Assembly: GCA_905178155.1 (NCBI GenBank)
Contig: CAJINV010000008.1
Location: 3,621,420-3,685,419 of the forward strand
Direction: 5' to 3'
Length of the DNA: 64,000 nt
From: Amoebophrya sp. A120
Taxonomy: Eukaryota > Protista > Dinoflagellata
Within the stretch, counting starts at the first letter, position 1. Every line of letters starts with the position of its first letter. The translations under genes and the position numbers were made by a program. Shown piece after piece: positions 1 to 13,900 of the stretch. The notes under the pieces were generated by a model. The model made no database searches, was not told the DNA's origin, and saw only the letters and a program-made list of their open reading frames with translations.

Positions 1-578
1 AAATGCATGCCCGGGCAGTAGCAGGCTAGCGAGCCTGTGAGCCTAGGCTGAGGCTGGACGGGCGATATTTTATGTCTGTCCGAGCCTCGCCCTTTTCCGG
101 TAGCCGGGACCTGATGACTGTGAGGGCGAGCCTCTTCCCGTTCTGGGTTGAAGTTTATTTGCCCACCCGCCCTCCCGGTTAGTTTTACGAGATGAGCCAG
201 TGGTCTGGGTCGGTAGTTACTTCGGATGGGTCGCTGGGCCTCGCGCCGCTCCAATCTGTGTTGGGGTAGGACAGAGGTCGCAAGATATCTCCCACGGCGG
301 GGGTAGGTGCTTCCAGGGCGCCTCCTCGTGCGACGCAGTGGGAGATGCTCCCATCGAGCGATCATCCATCGGGTGATCCTTCCGCGGTGACTGCATAAAA
401 TCCACCTCTGGCCCTAGTCCCTTATCTTTCGCGGCTAGTGCTGGTCTGCGGGTTTTTTTCCACCAGAAAGGCACGTCGACGTCGGGTGATGTTGTCCCCA
501 AGCGATGAAGGACGAGGTATAGATACACTTCTAGACATCCTGTCCTCTACAATAAAATCCTATTCTATCATTAAACAG

Positions 579-1307
579 GCAACACTAGCAAGACGCCGGC
601 GGCCGCAACGGGCGGGGCCGCGGCGCTCTCCGGGTCCGCGGAGAGCAACAAGCTGCAGAACTCCGGCGAGCAGCGAGAACAGCAGGCGAAGGCCGAGAGT
701 GAGCAGAAGCAGCGGGAGCAGCAGGAGGCGTTTGCGAAGGAGATCGACAAGATGCGGGGGGATATGGAGAGAAAAAAGTTTATCACAGTCACTAATTTGC
801 AGGGTTTGCATTAGCATCACAAATTTTCCTTGTATTGCAGAAACACTAGGGAAATCCCTAATAAAGTTTGGCTGTGATGCATTTTTACGCATGACAAACA
901 GTTTTGTATTGCAAAAATGCGCATGAGTGATCGTGACGAACTTTTTTTGTTTGATAGGGGATCTGGCGCAGCTGCGCCAGGAGCTGGGCGCGGAGATCAC
1001 GCGGCGCGAGGAGGCGGAGCTGGAAAGCGAGTACAAGGACCACAAGGTCCAGGTGGCGGAGTCGCGGTGCGCGAAGGCGGAACACGAGAAGAGAACCGAG
1101 GAGCTGAAGGCCAGCGAGATGCAGCGCTGCCTCGAGTTGCTGCAGGAGGACGTGGTGAAGAAGACCCGGGAAGTTGAGCTCAAGTACCTGGAACAGGAGC
1201 GCAGGATCGCCATGCAGCAGGAGATGTACTCGAAGATGCACCGGCTGCAAAACTTCCTGCCCCCGAACATCATCCAAAAAAGTTTCCTCTCGGATATGAA
1301 TATGTGA
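579..1307 (+). CDS. 3' part of a coiled-coil protein gene (exons ~579-762 and 962-1307; 5' end upstream of the window)
   Basis: AG acceptor at 577-578. GC3-rich E/Q/K-rich frame. Removing 199 nt at the element joins ...KMRGD|LAQLRQEL... Stop TGA at 1305-1307. Confidence 0.75.
763..956. mobile_element. Introner, TIR family E; DR GGGGA/GGGGA
   Basis: TATGGAGAGAAAAAAGTTTATCACAGTCACT...AGTGATCGTGACGAACTTTTTTTGTTTGATA is an imperfect TIR. Excision restores frame. Confidence 0.85.
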
Positions 1308-3605
1308 GCCGCCGCTATTATGGCGGTGGAACGACGGAGTCGGAAGGGAATGGTTGACCTGCGAAAGGTAAAAGAATGCCACGGAAGACTGCTAGAATTA
1401 CAACCGGCAGATAAAATAAAAGATGACCACTGGAGGTGGACGCTGCTTGGTTCTAAGCTGTATTTCTTGGTTCAAGTTGAGAAGTCTACTCATCTTCTTG
1501 TTTTCCATTCTTGGGAATAAATCAGGTGAAGTGCAATCCAAAAAAGTCATGGGCCCTCTCTGCTTCCCTTCTTCAACTTATTTTTGCTCGTAGTTCTAGA
1601 TCTAGTTCTTCTTCTTCTGTATTTGTTCACACGTTGTGGATTCCTGGCGAATCCACGGGCACGGATTTATTTATAGTTCGTTGCGTAAAAAACTGTTTCA
1701 TGCTCCTTGTACAAGTGGTCACAAACACAATCTATAAAACTAATCGGCACTAATGTCTAGAACAAAACAGTAAATAGGCACTCAGGTTCTGTGGACCTGC
1801 CCCTTTGATCACACGCAGAGAATAGTAAAACACGGAAACAGTTTAGTTCATCGGATTTCTGTACGATACGTCGCTTGGAGGTCAAAACATTTGTTTCAAC
1901 ATTCATTTTCCCTTATTATAAAAAACCAAAACAAAAAAAAAACCGAAGTACATTCACACAGCAGGACTTTTTCACTCCTAGCTTCGGCAACAAAAATGTG
2001 TACTAAAAAAAGTCGAAGATACACGAGAACTTCATCACTTTTACATTTTTGGGTGTCAGCATGAGCATGAAGGATTTGATTGCGCACATTGGAATCAGTC
2101 GTCTACAGGTTTCTTGTACAATGTGAGAATCAGGATACCGCATCGTGTTCGTGACGCCGTCCTCTCGTCGGATCGTCTAGCTAGAACGCTTCCACCAGGG
2201 GACAATAAAGGGATCCGTACCGAACGTAATCGAACTTGTGATGCTGAGGTTGATGCAACGTCAATGACCGTAGAGGGACTAGAATGCCGCCCTCCGTCGT
2301 GTTAACCCTTGCCACAACAGCGGTGCTCGTGTATAAGTCTCAAACTTTCGCCGGGTGTAGGGTAATGGCGTGTTCTCACGTCGGAGAGGCGACCACACTT
2401 CCCCCTCCTAGTCGTGTGCCAGGCTGCGAACTGATGTAAACCCGCTCCTGTCTATCGAGGAATTGAGTAAGAGGCAACGCCAATCGCCACCTATCTAAAG
2501 ACTAAAAAGCTGACTCTCAAACCCGAACTCAAACTGGCACTCGCATTTTGATCTATGGCACTGGTAGTCAATGTCTATAAGTACTTACAAGAATAAGACT
2601 GTGTGTGGGTGCTGTTGTTTCACTGCAGATTGTTTCACTGCAGAGCGAAAGCGATGTCTGGATGTTGTAAGTAGCCATGATCCACTTCCACCAGCACCAG
2701 GACGATTGGTCATTTATGAAGCTGATAGACACAGATCGACAAGAAAAGATTCAGTTTCAGGTGCAGGAGATGTCAGAGATCTGTCCAGAGCCAATTTTTG
2801 GGGAGTCAGAAGCATTCGATTTTTGAGGACAAATGTTCGGTCAGGTCCATTTTGTGTCAACAGATCCATCATGAAAAAAAAGGAAACAAATAAAAGATCA
2901 ACATCGAGAAATTCATCAGCATCAAATGAGTATTGTCCACGATCGAGGAGTCGATCATACCTGATGAAGATCAGCATAGTCCAAATTCTGGATGGCTATG
3001 AGAGTGGAAACAAGGCGATCTACAGTTTCGAGTTTGTAAGTGCGATTTTTTTGTCAGGCGCAAGTCTGCGAAATTTCATGTCAAATCAAATAACTCGGTG
3101 ACTTTTTTTCTCAGCACGGCCAGAATTGAGGCCGGGTCAGAATTCAGATGAGCGGGGAGCTTTTTTTTCTGAAAGTTTGATGCTGTGCCTTGCATAAGTA
3201 AGTAAGTGATAGCCTGTTAAGATGCACAGACATGTTAGTGCTGTGTAAAATTCAACGTAAATAATCCGCAACAGCGACCGCAGTCCCCTCAAGATTCCCT
3301 TTTAGTCATCCTTGCCCGTATTGGAATTTTCTGTTACGTATTAAATAAGTATTTATACGTAGCAACATTTAATCGGAGGAGCCAGCGTTTTCTTTGTTCT
3401 CTAGACTTCTGCAGAGCCCTTTGTGCTGCACAATAAAGGCAAACAAACTGAGTTCGTAAACATTTTTTCTTCCATTTATCATTTTCTTCTCTGAGCTATT
3501 CAAGTTTTTCTGGTGTAATTTTCAGTTGGTTGCACAACTAGAAAAAACAAAAAGCCACAGCTCCAATAAATAAGTACTCATTTCTCTTTTAAATCTACTT
3601 CTATA

Positions 3606-4905
3606 ATGGGGGACAATCTCGACTGGCCGGGCCTCCTTGCCTGGTCCACGAAGTACCACGATGGCACTGCGCCGTCCAAGTTTGGCCTGATGAGCGACGA
3701 AGACAAGGCGTTTCTGCAGAAGGCCATGGAGGACGCTTTCAGTCGGATTGAGGATATGAATCAGGTGTTGAACGACGGACTGAGAAAACTCGAGTCAGCA
3801 ACGGACTTCCAGGTATTTCACTTCTATGTATCAGAGCTTTTTTACAAGTTTCTTTCACGACACTGACACCAGAGCTCGCCGTGCGTCCGTCTCGGCATGA
3901 ATGTTTTGTTGAAGGAAGTTGTACTTATATCTAGTGAGGTCACGATACTCATAGTTGAAAGATTGTTGCACAAAACACAACGAAGATTGTTGAACAAAAC
4001 AGACTCTCGTAACCGCGTTGGAGATCATCGAGCGGTGCGTCGATGATCCAGACTGCGCTCGGAATCTGGAGAAGCTGAATGGGATCAGTCCGCTGCTGGA
4101 CAAGGTTTTCCACGACAATGAAGAAGTCTCCGACCGGTCCTGCAGCATTCTCAGCATGATGCTCGCGAACAACGACAGTCTGCAGTTGACGGCGGTGAAA
4201 AAGTACAACGCGCTCACGTTTCTCCTGGCTCATCCGCAAACGCTTGCCTCCAAAAAGAAGATCAAGCTGCTGGCGGACATCGTGCGCGGCGTGGAGGAAA
4301 TAGAGGAACTGTTTCTGAGGTCCAGCGGCCCCGCAAGCCCGATGAAAAAGCGTGCTGTGGGAGCGGCTTGTGGCAGAAATGAGGTTGAGGATGCAAATCA
4401 TACTAGTAGTGCAGCTCTTGCAGAGGATCCAAGTGGAGTGGCGTTTCTGTGCCAGGTCTTCGACCCAGAATTTTTCCTTGTCGCGGCAGGATCGACTTCT
4501 AAGTGTAAGTCCGACAGCATTCGGGCCGTGCGCGAGCGCGCAGTCACTTTTCTTCGCCATTTGCTCGCGGAGAAGCCCGCACAGCGGGTGGCGCACGCGG
4601 AGAAGGCACTGCAAGCCGGTCTGGTGCACGCGTACGAGGAGCTAGATCAGGTTGAACAAATAAGCGAGCCTAGTGCAGCGCTGGCAGCTACCGGACAACA
4701 AGTTTCCCTGCAATACACGGAGAACCTGGCGCAACTCACCCATATTGCCGTCAAGGAGAGCGCCGTGGTCAAAGCAGGGGTGCAAGGGCTTCTGAAACAA
4801 CGACTGGAAAATTTGCTGCGCTCCGGACCCGCGGTAGTTGCCGACTACGGCATTGAGATTGAGGATCTGAAGCAAATCTTAGCGACGCAACCTGCAAGAA
4901 TGTAA
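3606..4905 (+). CDS. FES1: Hsp70 nucleotide exchange factor, Fes1/HspBP1-like; join(3606..3812,4003..4905)
   Basis: N-terminal WPGLLAWS...MSDEDKAFLQKAM motif, then DCARNLEKLNG armadillo-type region. GT-AG intron 3813-4002 in phase 0. Confidence 0.85.
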
Positions 4906-5581
4906 CAAAAGGAAAGCTAGTATAATAGTGATAGGTACTTCTACCTTGAAACTTCAAGAATTTTGCAAAAACGAATTTTTCTGTTACATCACATGAAAAA
5001 AAACTTTCCGTACATAATAATAATAATGAACACACGACTGATTCTTGCCTTTGCTTCTACCGAGCTAAAGGGGAGGGTATGAGGCAGAAAAGAAGTGAAG
5101 TGATGCTGATATCTTTGGGCCGCTGGGCACACCTGTGACTGTATTCACTACACTGTACCACACTGCTCCTGCTCAGGTGCAAGGAAGGAATCCACAGACT
5201 GCTGAAGTACTGCTGCGGCTCTTCGCTATTCCCTGCTAGAAAATGACCTACTACCAAAAGAAGTACCCTCACACGACGACCCCGCCGCGCGATTACTTCA
5301 CTAGAAGTGAAATATTAAGATACGAGTATACAAACTTATCACGACTGCGTGGCGCCAATCGCGAGCTTGCGTGAAGCCTCTCAGCGAAACGTGTGGACAT
5401 TGCGTGTTCATCGATTGCGCTTGTTGCTCCTAGGCTCCTGCCGGGTCCTCCGTGCACGACATTTTTCTGTCAATTTCGAGGCAACGGTAACAGCAAGTAC
5501 ACCGAAAAAGTTGTTTTTCGCGCCCACCAAAGTGCTCTACGTCTACTTTGTCGGTTGGGGCAATGGATAATGTTTAACGAA

Positions 5582-5632
5582 AGGCGGTGCAGGACCCCAA
5601 GGGCGCTAGGCGGTGCAGGACCCCAAGGGCGC
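5582..5632. repeat. Two-copy tandem repeat, 26-bp period (AGGCGGTGCAGGACCCCAAGGGCGC)
   Basis: Read directly in the sequence. Confidence 0.9.
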
Positions 5633-7627
5633 CACATTATCAGTGATGCTGTACAGGCCCCCTAATTCTGGTGGTATATTACGGCCGCAAGAGCAAACTA
5701 GATCGTAGATCCACTTCGTCCACATGCATTTTTGCCCATGATGGATGCAGATCAGGCACGGTGCGCGACACGACACGTTCGCTCTGCTGAGGTAGAGCCA
5801 AGATCAGGCTGTCACCAGCAAGAAAATATTGAGAGCCGAAAGAACACTGCACGCACAGTTGTAGAGCAGGATCAGAATTTGTTGCAGATGATGAAGTGAG
5901 TGTTGTCATCTCCAATTGTATTGGGTCCTCAGATGTAATTCTGATCGTGTGGCGCTGGCGGCCACAAAATGGCCACTGAGAGAAACGAAAATGACAGTTC
6001 TTGTTTCATCAGGTGCAAATTATACATTGTGGTTCTTGGTCGTGGTGTGTGTCTGCTCTACTCAGATCAATTTAGTAGAGCATCAGTACTGCTGGAGCCT
6101 AACTTCAGCGCTTCCTGCTGATCATTGAAAATAATAAGCACAGCCCAGCGTGCTCTCTTGCAAAGATTGCTTGACCAAACAGGAGGCATCCCCGTCGGCC
6201 GCAAAGTAGTCGTATGCTGGCTCAGCTCGGCTCTGCGCGGTCATATTCGCTAAGAAATTTGAAAGTGAAACAGATATGACAGTTGGTGCTTGACCTAGCG
6301 TCTTCAGTATCAAATACCGCATGAAGCTTGCTTGAAATAGCACTAAGTAACAGATGATGAAAATGATGTTGAACAATGTTGAAATATAAACGTAAAAATC
6401 ACTCTCAAATCACAGCATCTGAGATTGCGTTGCCGCCTATGAAGCATGTGGCCACAAGTAAATCAGATGTCCTCATCTGCACTAACGCAGTGAATGAGTT
6501 GTGAATGTGATATGTGAATGGCGCTCCATGCATTGGCTTGCGCACAAGCTTCATTGACTTTTGAAACGAAACAGTGGACCACGGCAGAAATGCGGCAGAT
6601 GATGACTCCTTTGCAATTCGTTTCTCTTTAATTAAAGGCACTCACTCTTTGAATACTTAGACATACAACTCCCACTGCATTGGTAACCGATACCTTTATC
6701 GCTCGTCGCGTTGAGGGTTTTTCCTTTATTTCGCGAGTATGATTTTTTTGTAACGTTGGCCCCGCAAGTGGATTAGTGAGATTGACAAGACAATGGGCCA
6801 AGGGACAGTCTACACCAGGTTTCTCTGCTCCTATCCGATAAGAAAAGATGAATTCAGTATTGAAAGAGCATAGAGCTCGTCCTTTGTAGTTGACTGAAGC
6901 AATTTAAATAAAGCTAGCTGGTCTGGATTCCGATCGGGAAGGATGCTCTAACTCGATAGAAAAGGATGATTTTTTTCAGGTCCTCGACCACACTGAATCG
7001 AATCTGTCGCCGACAGTCTGCACCAGAAAAAAAAAGTGCGCGACCACACACTCCAGCTGAGTTGACAGGACGAGGGTACTGCTAGCTTGTCAGTGGAGAT
7101 GATTTCGTCGCCGTCCTGATCTGTACTGGTGCAAATTATAGTCAATATTTCCATTTGATGGACATGGACTTGATTGTGATTTCACACCACAGTACTCTTC
7201 CTCATGGTCAGTGTCGCCTCATCCCTTATCCCTTCGACGTCTAGTGGTCCGTAGTTCCGGCGGAATGTAGTTTCTCCTTCATGCAACACCTAAAACAAAG
7301 ACGAACCAGAAGAAGAAAAGCTATCGAAGGCAACTGGACAAGAAATCATACTCGTCGTGGTAAAAGTTGGTATTTTCGATTAGAGATAAAATTAAAAAGT
7401 TGTTTTTTCATATGCTGAAGCTACATGTCCTTCTAGAAGAGCCTCGCTTTTAATACATTTCTGTGTCTTGCAAGGGCGTCTCCTACTTTCTTCCTTTATT
7501 CCTGGCATTCTACAACACGAAAGTCCAAGTCGTCGCCGGTGGCTTTTACTGTATGAGTATGAAAACCCAGCACCGCAGAAGAATCGGCACTGCAACCTAG
7601 TACCCCGTCAAGAGACGAGACGAGAGC

Positions 7628-7692
7628 AACTGACGCAAACCGGACTATTCGTTGGTTTAAAACTGACTCAAACCGGACTATTCGTTGGTTTA
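7628..7692. repeat. Two-copy tandem repeat, 33-bp period (AACTGACkCAAACCGGACTATTCGTTGGTTTA)
   Basis: Read directly; lies upstream of the ATG at 7940. Confidence 0.9.
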
Positions 7693-7939
7693 TTCATCTG
7701 CACCTCGAAAAATAAGTACTAAGAAAGGGATAACTATTTCAATTTGTTTTAAGTAAGCATATTATCGGACGCCGGACACAGTGCTGTGATAAATCACGTT
7801 CACGACCTTCTTTGTTCTTGCTCAGCGCTTTGCGCCGAAAGACAGATTTTCGCGAAGGTTTGGATGTATTCGGCGAACCACTACAGAACAGACCAGCTGA
7901 TCGAACGAAGCCCAAACTTGTTGTAAGTCCGGATTCAGG

Positions 7940-10900
7940 ATGAGTACCATGGCGGCGCTGGCACAGGAAGAGCTGCTAGAAGCACGACCTCCCCAAGAAC
8001 TACATCAATACCCCGGCGGCGACGTGGACGGTGGAGGCACATTAGAAGTACTGGAACAAGCTGGTGCAGGTGCGGACGAACTTTTGCGTAGCATGGACCT
8101 GGCAGCTGCGGCGGGCGGTCTAGAACGCGACGAGGCTTCATCGCTTGGGCTGGGTGCCGCACCGGAAGCGGGACATGAAAATGCAGCGCCGCCTACTGCA
8201 TCGAGCACCACCAAACATGGGTTTTCATCTCACATGAGCAGGCCAGCGAAGCAGCCACCCCTTGCAACCACGGTGGCAGGTGGAGCAGCGGCCGAAAATG
8301 TGGCACCACAGGATCAACATCATGGTACTCGCTCAGGTGGGGTTCCCCCTTCAGCAGCAGCAGACCCGCCAAAGGCCGCGCCGCCAAATCCAACGAGCGG
8401 GGGCGGGTTCGTGCACATGAGTGCTTTCGCCAAACCACGCAAGAACCGACTGCCGGTGGGATCGCCGCTGCACGGTCCTCTTGCAGGAGCCGGGACCACA
8501 AGCGGTGTCCTACTTCCCGGAGCAGCGGAAAGTAGCAGTACGGGGCCTATGCAAATGCAAGTAACGCAGCAGCTGCAGCTCAACCTAAACCCATTGGTGG
8601 TGCAGCAGCATCATGATCCACACCAACTTAATCAACAGCCAGCCGGGAAGATGAATATCGCCAACTCATCAAGTAGTACAACTGCTGGACCTGGACGACT
8701 AGGCATTCCCCCGACCACCAGCTCGAGCGCCGCGAATCTGTTTGTATCAAATGCAAATATATTTGTCTGGAGCGTCTGGAAGAGAAGTGCACATGCACTT
8801 AGTGCCTCTCTGTCTCTGTCATGCATCTCCTGCAACAGAATCAGAAAGATAAGATGGTCTGGTATGCACGCAAAGTGTTTTGACATCTAGTATATCTAGA
8901 GGCTTTCAAGATACGAATGGTTGCTCCTGATGCCTAGTTGTACCCCACACCATCAGAAATAGATTGAATTCGCTCTTGATGCAGAAAAAATTTGATCTTG
9001 GCAGCGTTTGGCATTGACGCAATGCAGATTTTTGGTGCCTACGGCTGCTCGAGATCTGGCATCTTCACAAGTTGGAGCTCTTCCAGAAGGCCCAGATCGA
9101 TATTTGCAATGCATAGTTTGCACCGAATAGCAATACGCGAATGCCCCCACGTCTGCAGATACAGCAGCAAAAGGGCGGGGGTGTCGTGTCATACCTTGGA
9201 GGCGTCGGAGTTGGCAAGGGTGCAGCGACGTCGTCGTCGTCCGCTTCTAGCTATAATTTTCTGCCCTACACTGTCCTCCGTAATAGCACTCCTGCAGGAG
9301 GTACTACAACTACAGTATCGGCACAGAAAATGTCGGCAAAGAACGTTGCTAACGCGCAAGGCCTGGGTCGTGCGGCGAAAGGCGTCGGCAAAAATGGCAG
9401 GGGGCACGTCCAGCAAACTACTGGTAGTCACTGTTTCATCATAAACTTTCTTGTGAAGAGCGTTTGTTGCTCATTTATTGCCCACTTTTCGTCCCAATTT
9501 GTCCTTGTCGTCTGATTTTTATCGAAGAGCTCTGGCCTACGCCTATGGCACTGTGTTTGGAATATATTTGTGTCGCTGCACCTACCAATGCCAATGTATC
9601 CACGGAAATTTGCGAATTCGATCGTGAAGTGTTTGGGTTTACTTCGCGATCATGAAAGTTGCATTTAATGTACGAGGTACAGTATCAGTAACAGTCAGAA
9701 TCAGAAACAGTATCTATCTATCAGTTCTTGGACACGAGGACATGCATCTTCTCCTTGTTCTATTCTAGGTCTTCTCGCGAACCAGCGTCAGCTGCGTCCA
9801 GATGCCTTCGGGCGCAACCAGGTTTCCACAAAAATCAATCCCGCGGCGGCGCTTCCGCACAGAATTTCCACACTGACAACCCCCCGTCCTGCACAACCCG
9901 GCGGCCTACCAGGTTATAAGCTCGGCGGGCAACTACAGCTAGTACCCGGGGGGGCCCCCGCTAGTACATCAACGGCTGTCCCAGCTGGCCACCATAAAAA
10001 CAAGCGTGTGTTGCGTTCGCAAGTCGCGGGGAACAAGGGGATCCCTGGCGGACCCGAGCCCCACTTTATGCAGCTGGGCAAAAACGGCAAGCAGATCGAG
10101 ACCCAGCCCACGGTGCTGCCCGTGCACAAAACCTCCAACTTGAAACTGACGGAGGTGGCGAAGAAAGTAAGAAAGCGCCGCGACGCCGAGGGCAGGCTGG
10201 AGCTCGACCATAGCAGGCATTGGAAGGATAAGCTGGTCGACGCAATAAACTGGCTGAAGAAGCAAGAACCACAGGAAGTAGACCTTTCTGGTACAACGAG
10301 ACTAGTATCCTTGGCATATTTATTTAATACTACAAGAAAGCTGTTTATGTCTTCCTTGTCCACGGTGTGAATTTCAGAGATCGAGTCGAAAGGACTAGCG
10401 TGGCAGGTCGAAGACACGCTCTTGAGTCACTGTGGTGAAGAGAGAAATTGTAGTTGACCCTTAAGACGCACGTACACGTATCTATAGGATTTCTTTCAGC
10501 TGATATGACCACAATGGACGAACACTCGCGCCGTTGCGCCCATCAAGAATGAAAATGAAAAGCACATTAAACATAAAGCTGCCCCAGGAAACGAGATGAA
10601 ATGATTCCCGAACAACTGCAGGTCTGGCTGATGACGTGCGGGCAACGATGACAAAGACGAAGTTCAACGCCGCCCAATTCTTCTCCGAGTTGCCCGTCAT
10701 AGAAGATTACCCTGAGATGCAGCTGGATGAAAACGAGAACGACGAAGAACCCCCAGCGCAGAGCAAAGCCGCAGACCCTCAAGATCAGAACGCAACTGCC
10801 ACCGTGGACGTCGTTGCACAAGAAAACCAGGGAGACACGCAGGAGCAAGACAAAACCGACGCTGCACCTGCTTCGGGCGAGGATAATCAAGCTATCGAGA

Positions 10901-13900
10901 AGATGAAAATAACCTCCGCAGATGATGGTGAGGATATCATAGCGACAGCTGCAGAACGAGAGGACGTGGGTCTGAATGCGACCGGCGTCCCCGCCGGGGC
11001 CAGCATTGTGGAGGCAGGCACTAGTAAAGATCCAAAGAGCTCCTGCTGCGCAGAGGAGGACGAAGAAGTCAAAGCCGACAGCGACAAAAAGGGTGGAATT
11101 GTACCAGCACAACATCAAGAAGGAGGAAAAAAGAGTAGGCACAAGAAGTTCCACCAGTTTGACTGGAAGTGCCTTTCCCTGAATCGCATCGTCGAGAAGT
11201 TGCAGAACAAACAGCCGCAAATGGTGGTCGACACGTATTACCTAGTCGACGCCGTCAAACGCGATGTTCATATGATCCAGACGGAGATGAGCCGGGTGTT
11301 CGGATTGAACCACCATCGTCAGTACATCGTCCACCTTGCTTGCGAGTTGTTTGAGGAGCTGGAATTCTACGCCGCCGACATTTATCAGCACGAGCTGAAG
11401 CTCGGCCAGCAGAAGCGCGTGGCCAAGGCACAGAAGGAACAGGCCGACTTTCAGAAGCAGGAACTCCTTGCGCATCAAAACTACCTGATGCTGCAGCTGC
11501 AGCAGGATCAACATCTTCACGCGACGAAGCAAGCTGCAGCGGTAGCACCGGCGGGAGGCGCCACTTTGCCGCTGCAGTTCCTCTGTCCCCCCGGTGCGGC
11601 AGCCGCGAATGGGATACAAGTCGTTGCTCCCCTTCCCGCGGCTGCAAGCTCCGCCAATAGTAAACCCCTTGATAGGAGGTCCTTGAAACGGCCTGCATCA
11701 AACAGAAATAACGACGAAAAGACCCCATCCAGCTCGGACAACGCGTCTCTGTACGGCGCCCGCTCGAAGCCGAAGAAGGCGAAGCGCAAGGCGCAGCCGA
11801 AAAAGAAGACTAAGCAGGCGGAGCTGTTGACCGCGGCCGATGAGGATTTCTTCGCAAAGGACGCAGCCGACGACACCAAAGATCACGACGGCGATAAAAA
11901 TAGCGCAGCTGCGTCGAGCAAATCCGAAGACAACAAGTCCTCTGTCGTTTCGCGGAAAAGCGCCAACAAGAGAGCGAACCCGAAGAAAAAGTCCGCGCCT
12001 TACCAGTTAGGCATTACAAAAGCACTTCTGCACTTCGTATAAATGCCAGGCCTGCCGCACTAGAGATCTGCCTTATCTATATCCACCTTGGCTAGCATGA
12101 CAAAATCCACCATGTTTCTTCTTGGCCTTCTTGGGACAATTTGTAGTGCATAATAAGTATGTGATTTGGATTTGGGTTTATACTTGTGCGATACTTTTGT
12201 ACAGGATACCAGTACAGCGGTAACAACAAGAACCTCGACAAGAAGATGTTGCTCAACCAGGCAAAGGGCGGGACGCAGCTCTCCGACTCCGAGGACGATT
12301 ATGAGAGTGCACATCTCGCTCTCGTCCCCCTCACTTGGATGAAATTTCTAGCAACAGTTGCGACAACCTAAAAAGTGGCGCTTGGCCAGAAGTGAAGTAA
12401 CTGTGGGCTGTAGGTCATTGTCGGCTTCCAGAACTTGTCGTGCAAGCACGGGCATCAAACTTAAAGGGCCCAGATAAGACTTGGCATTTTGCAAATGTAG
12501 CGCAGTCTGTTAAAGGATGACAAAGGAGGGGATTGTGGTTGTGCACTATCATAAGGATGAAGACAACGACAGGAAGTCCTCGGTGGTCGGGAAGAAGTCT
12601 TCCGCCGGCACGAATAAGTCCAACCGCAGAAAGAACTACGACCTGCGGATATCCTGAGTAAAAACGTACCCACACCAGAGTTGTAATGCAGATTTGCAAA
12701 GACCTGAAGACTTGGTATGCGCATCCCCATGAGAGCCATTCCCAATCGTGTTTTGGAATTTGTGACGCTGTGAACAGGATGAGCAGATGAATCTGTGACG
12801 CGGCTGCACTTGCTAACCTGCACTACACTGCATAGGGCATCTTGTCATGCGTGACTCCCAAAACTCCTAGGTTTGTGTTGCAAAATCCTCATCCTGACTC
12901 TGGTGTGGGGACGTTTTTACTCAGGATAGCGGAACCGCAGGACAGCGGATACCGTGCCGAAAGAGCCGCAGTACCCGCCAAGCAAGGGCGGGATCACGCC
13001 GCAGCTTCGCACGCAGACCGCGGGCTACTTCGGGGAGCTGAAGCCGGAGCATCAGGAGCTCATGCACGATTTCGTCCGGAACTGGCTTCCAAGTTACGAC
13101 GAAGCGGAGATGGAGTTGGAGATCTGGGACTTCCTCCCCACCTACCAAAAAGCCTTCGCGGAACAGGTGAAAAAGTACCACCGACAGGCGCACCCGGAAA
13201 TGCACAAGAAGCAGGCGTCGTCCAGCGTGGCCGGCGGGGCGGCTAGTAAAAAGAGCCGGCTTGGGGTTAACGCGGTCGGAGCACCAGGACAGGACGGAGC
13301 GGATAAGGTGCTTCACTTTTTATTTTCGCAATATTGAGAATATGAATTTGAATATCCATGACGTAGACTCATTTTCGAAGATTTCCGCTTTTTGGAATTG
13401 TTTTGTTGCAGTCGCCTCGTCCCCATAGGCGCCCTCCCCTGTGCGTCATCCCGTGCGGGGTTCGTTTGCGTTGTTGTGCCACGTCTTCACTTTTGCCTCT
13501 GCTCGACAACGTCATCATCAGTATCGAAATAGGTTTTCAACAAATTACAGCGCGCCCGCTACGCCAATGGCGAGCTCATATCCGACAACGAGTCCGGGTC
13601 CTCTTCCGAAGATGTCCTTTTTAACCAGAGAAATGCCAAGAAGCCCAAGCGGGTGGTGGACAGCGATTCCGACGACGACGTGCCGAAGTTCAACTTCCGC
13701 CCGAGGCCGGGGACCAGTGCAGCAAATGATGCCGTAGGCGGCGGGGGCAGTAAAGATTCTAATCATGTGACCAGCAACGCCGCGGATGATGTTGATGTTG
13801 CTCCCCTGATCGCCATGGAAGATGATGGCATGTTCGCAAACGTAATCCGAGAACAGCAGCAGCAACAACTGCAGCAGCAGCAACTGGAAGCCGCACAGAG

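Noticed and set aside
2100-3100. Possible LTR or TE fragment, and ORF 2571-3101
   Set aside because: No paired repeat, TSD or recognisable domain was found.
5582-7692. Short direct repeats as a CRISPR array
   Set aside because: Only two adjacent copies each, no spacers, no cas genes, and a eukaryotic context.
12990-13200. BET extra-terminal (NET)-like domain in the 7940-14682 gene
   Set aside because: Only a loose resemblance (EMELEIWDF) and no bromodomain seen, so the product is left as unknown.
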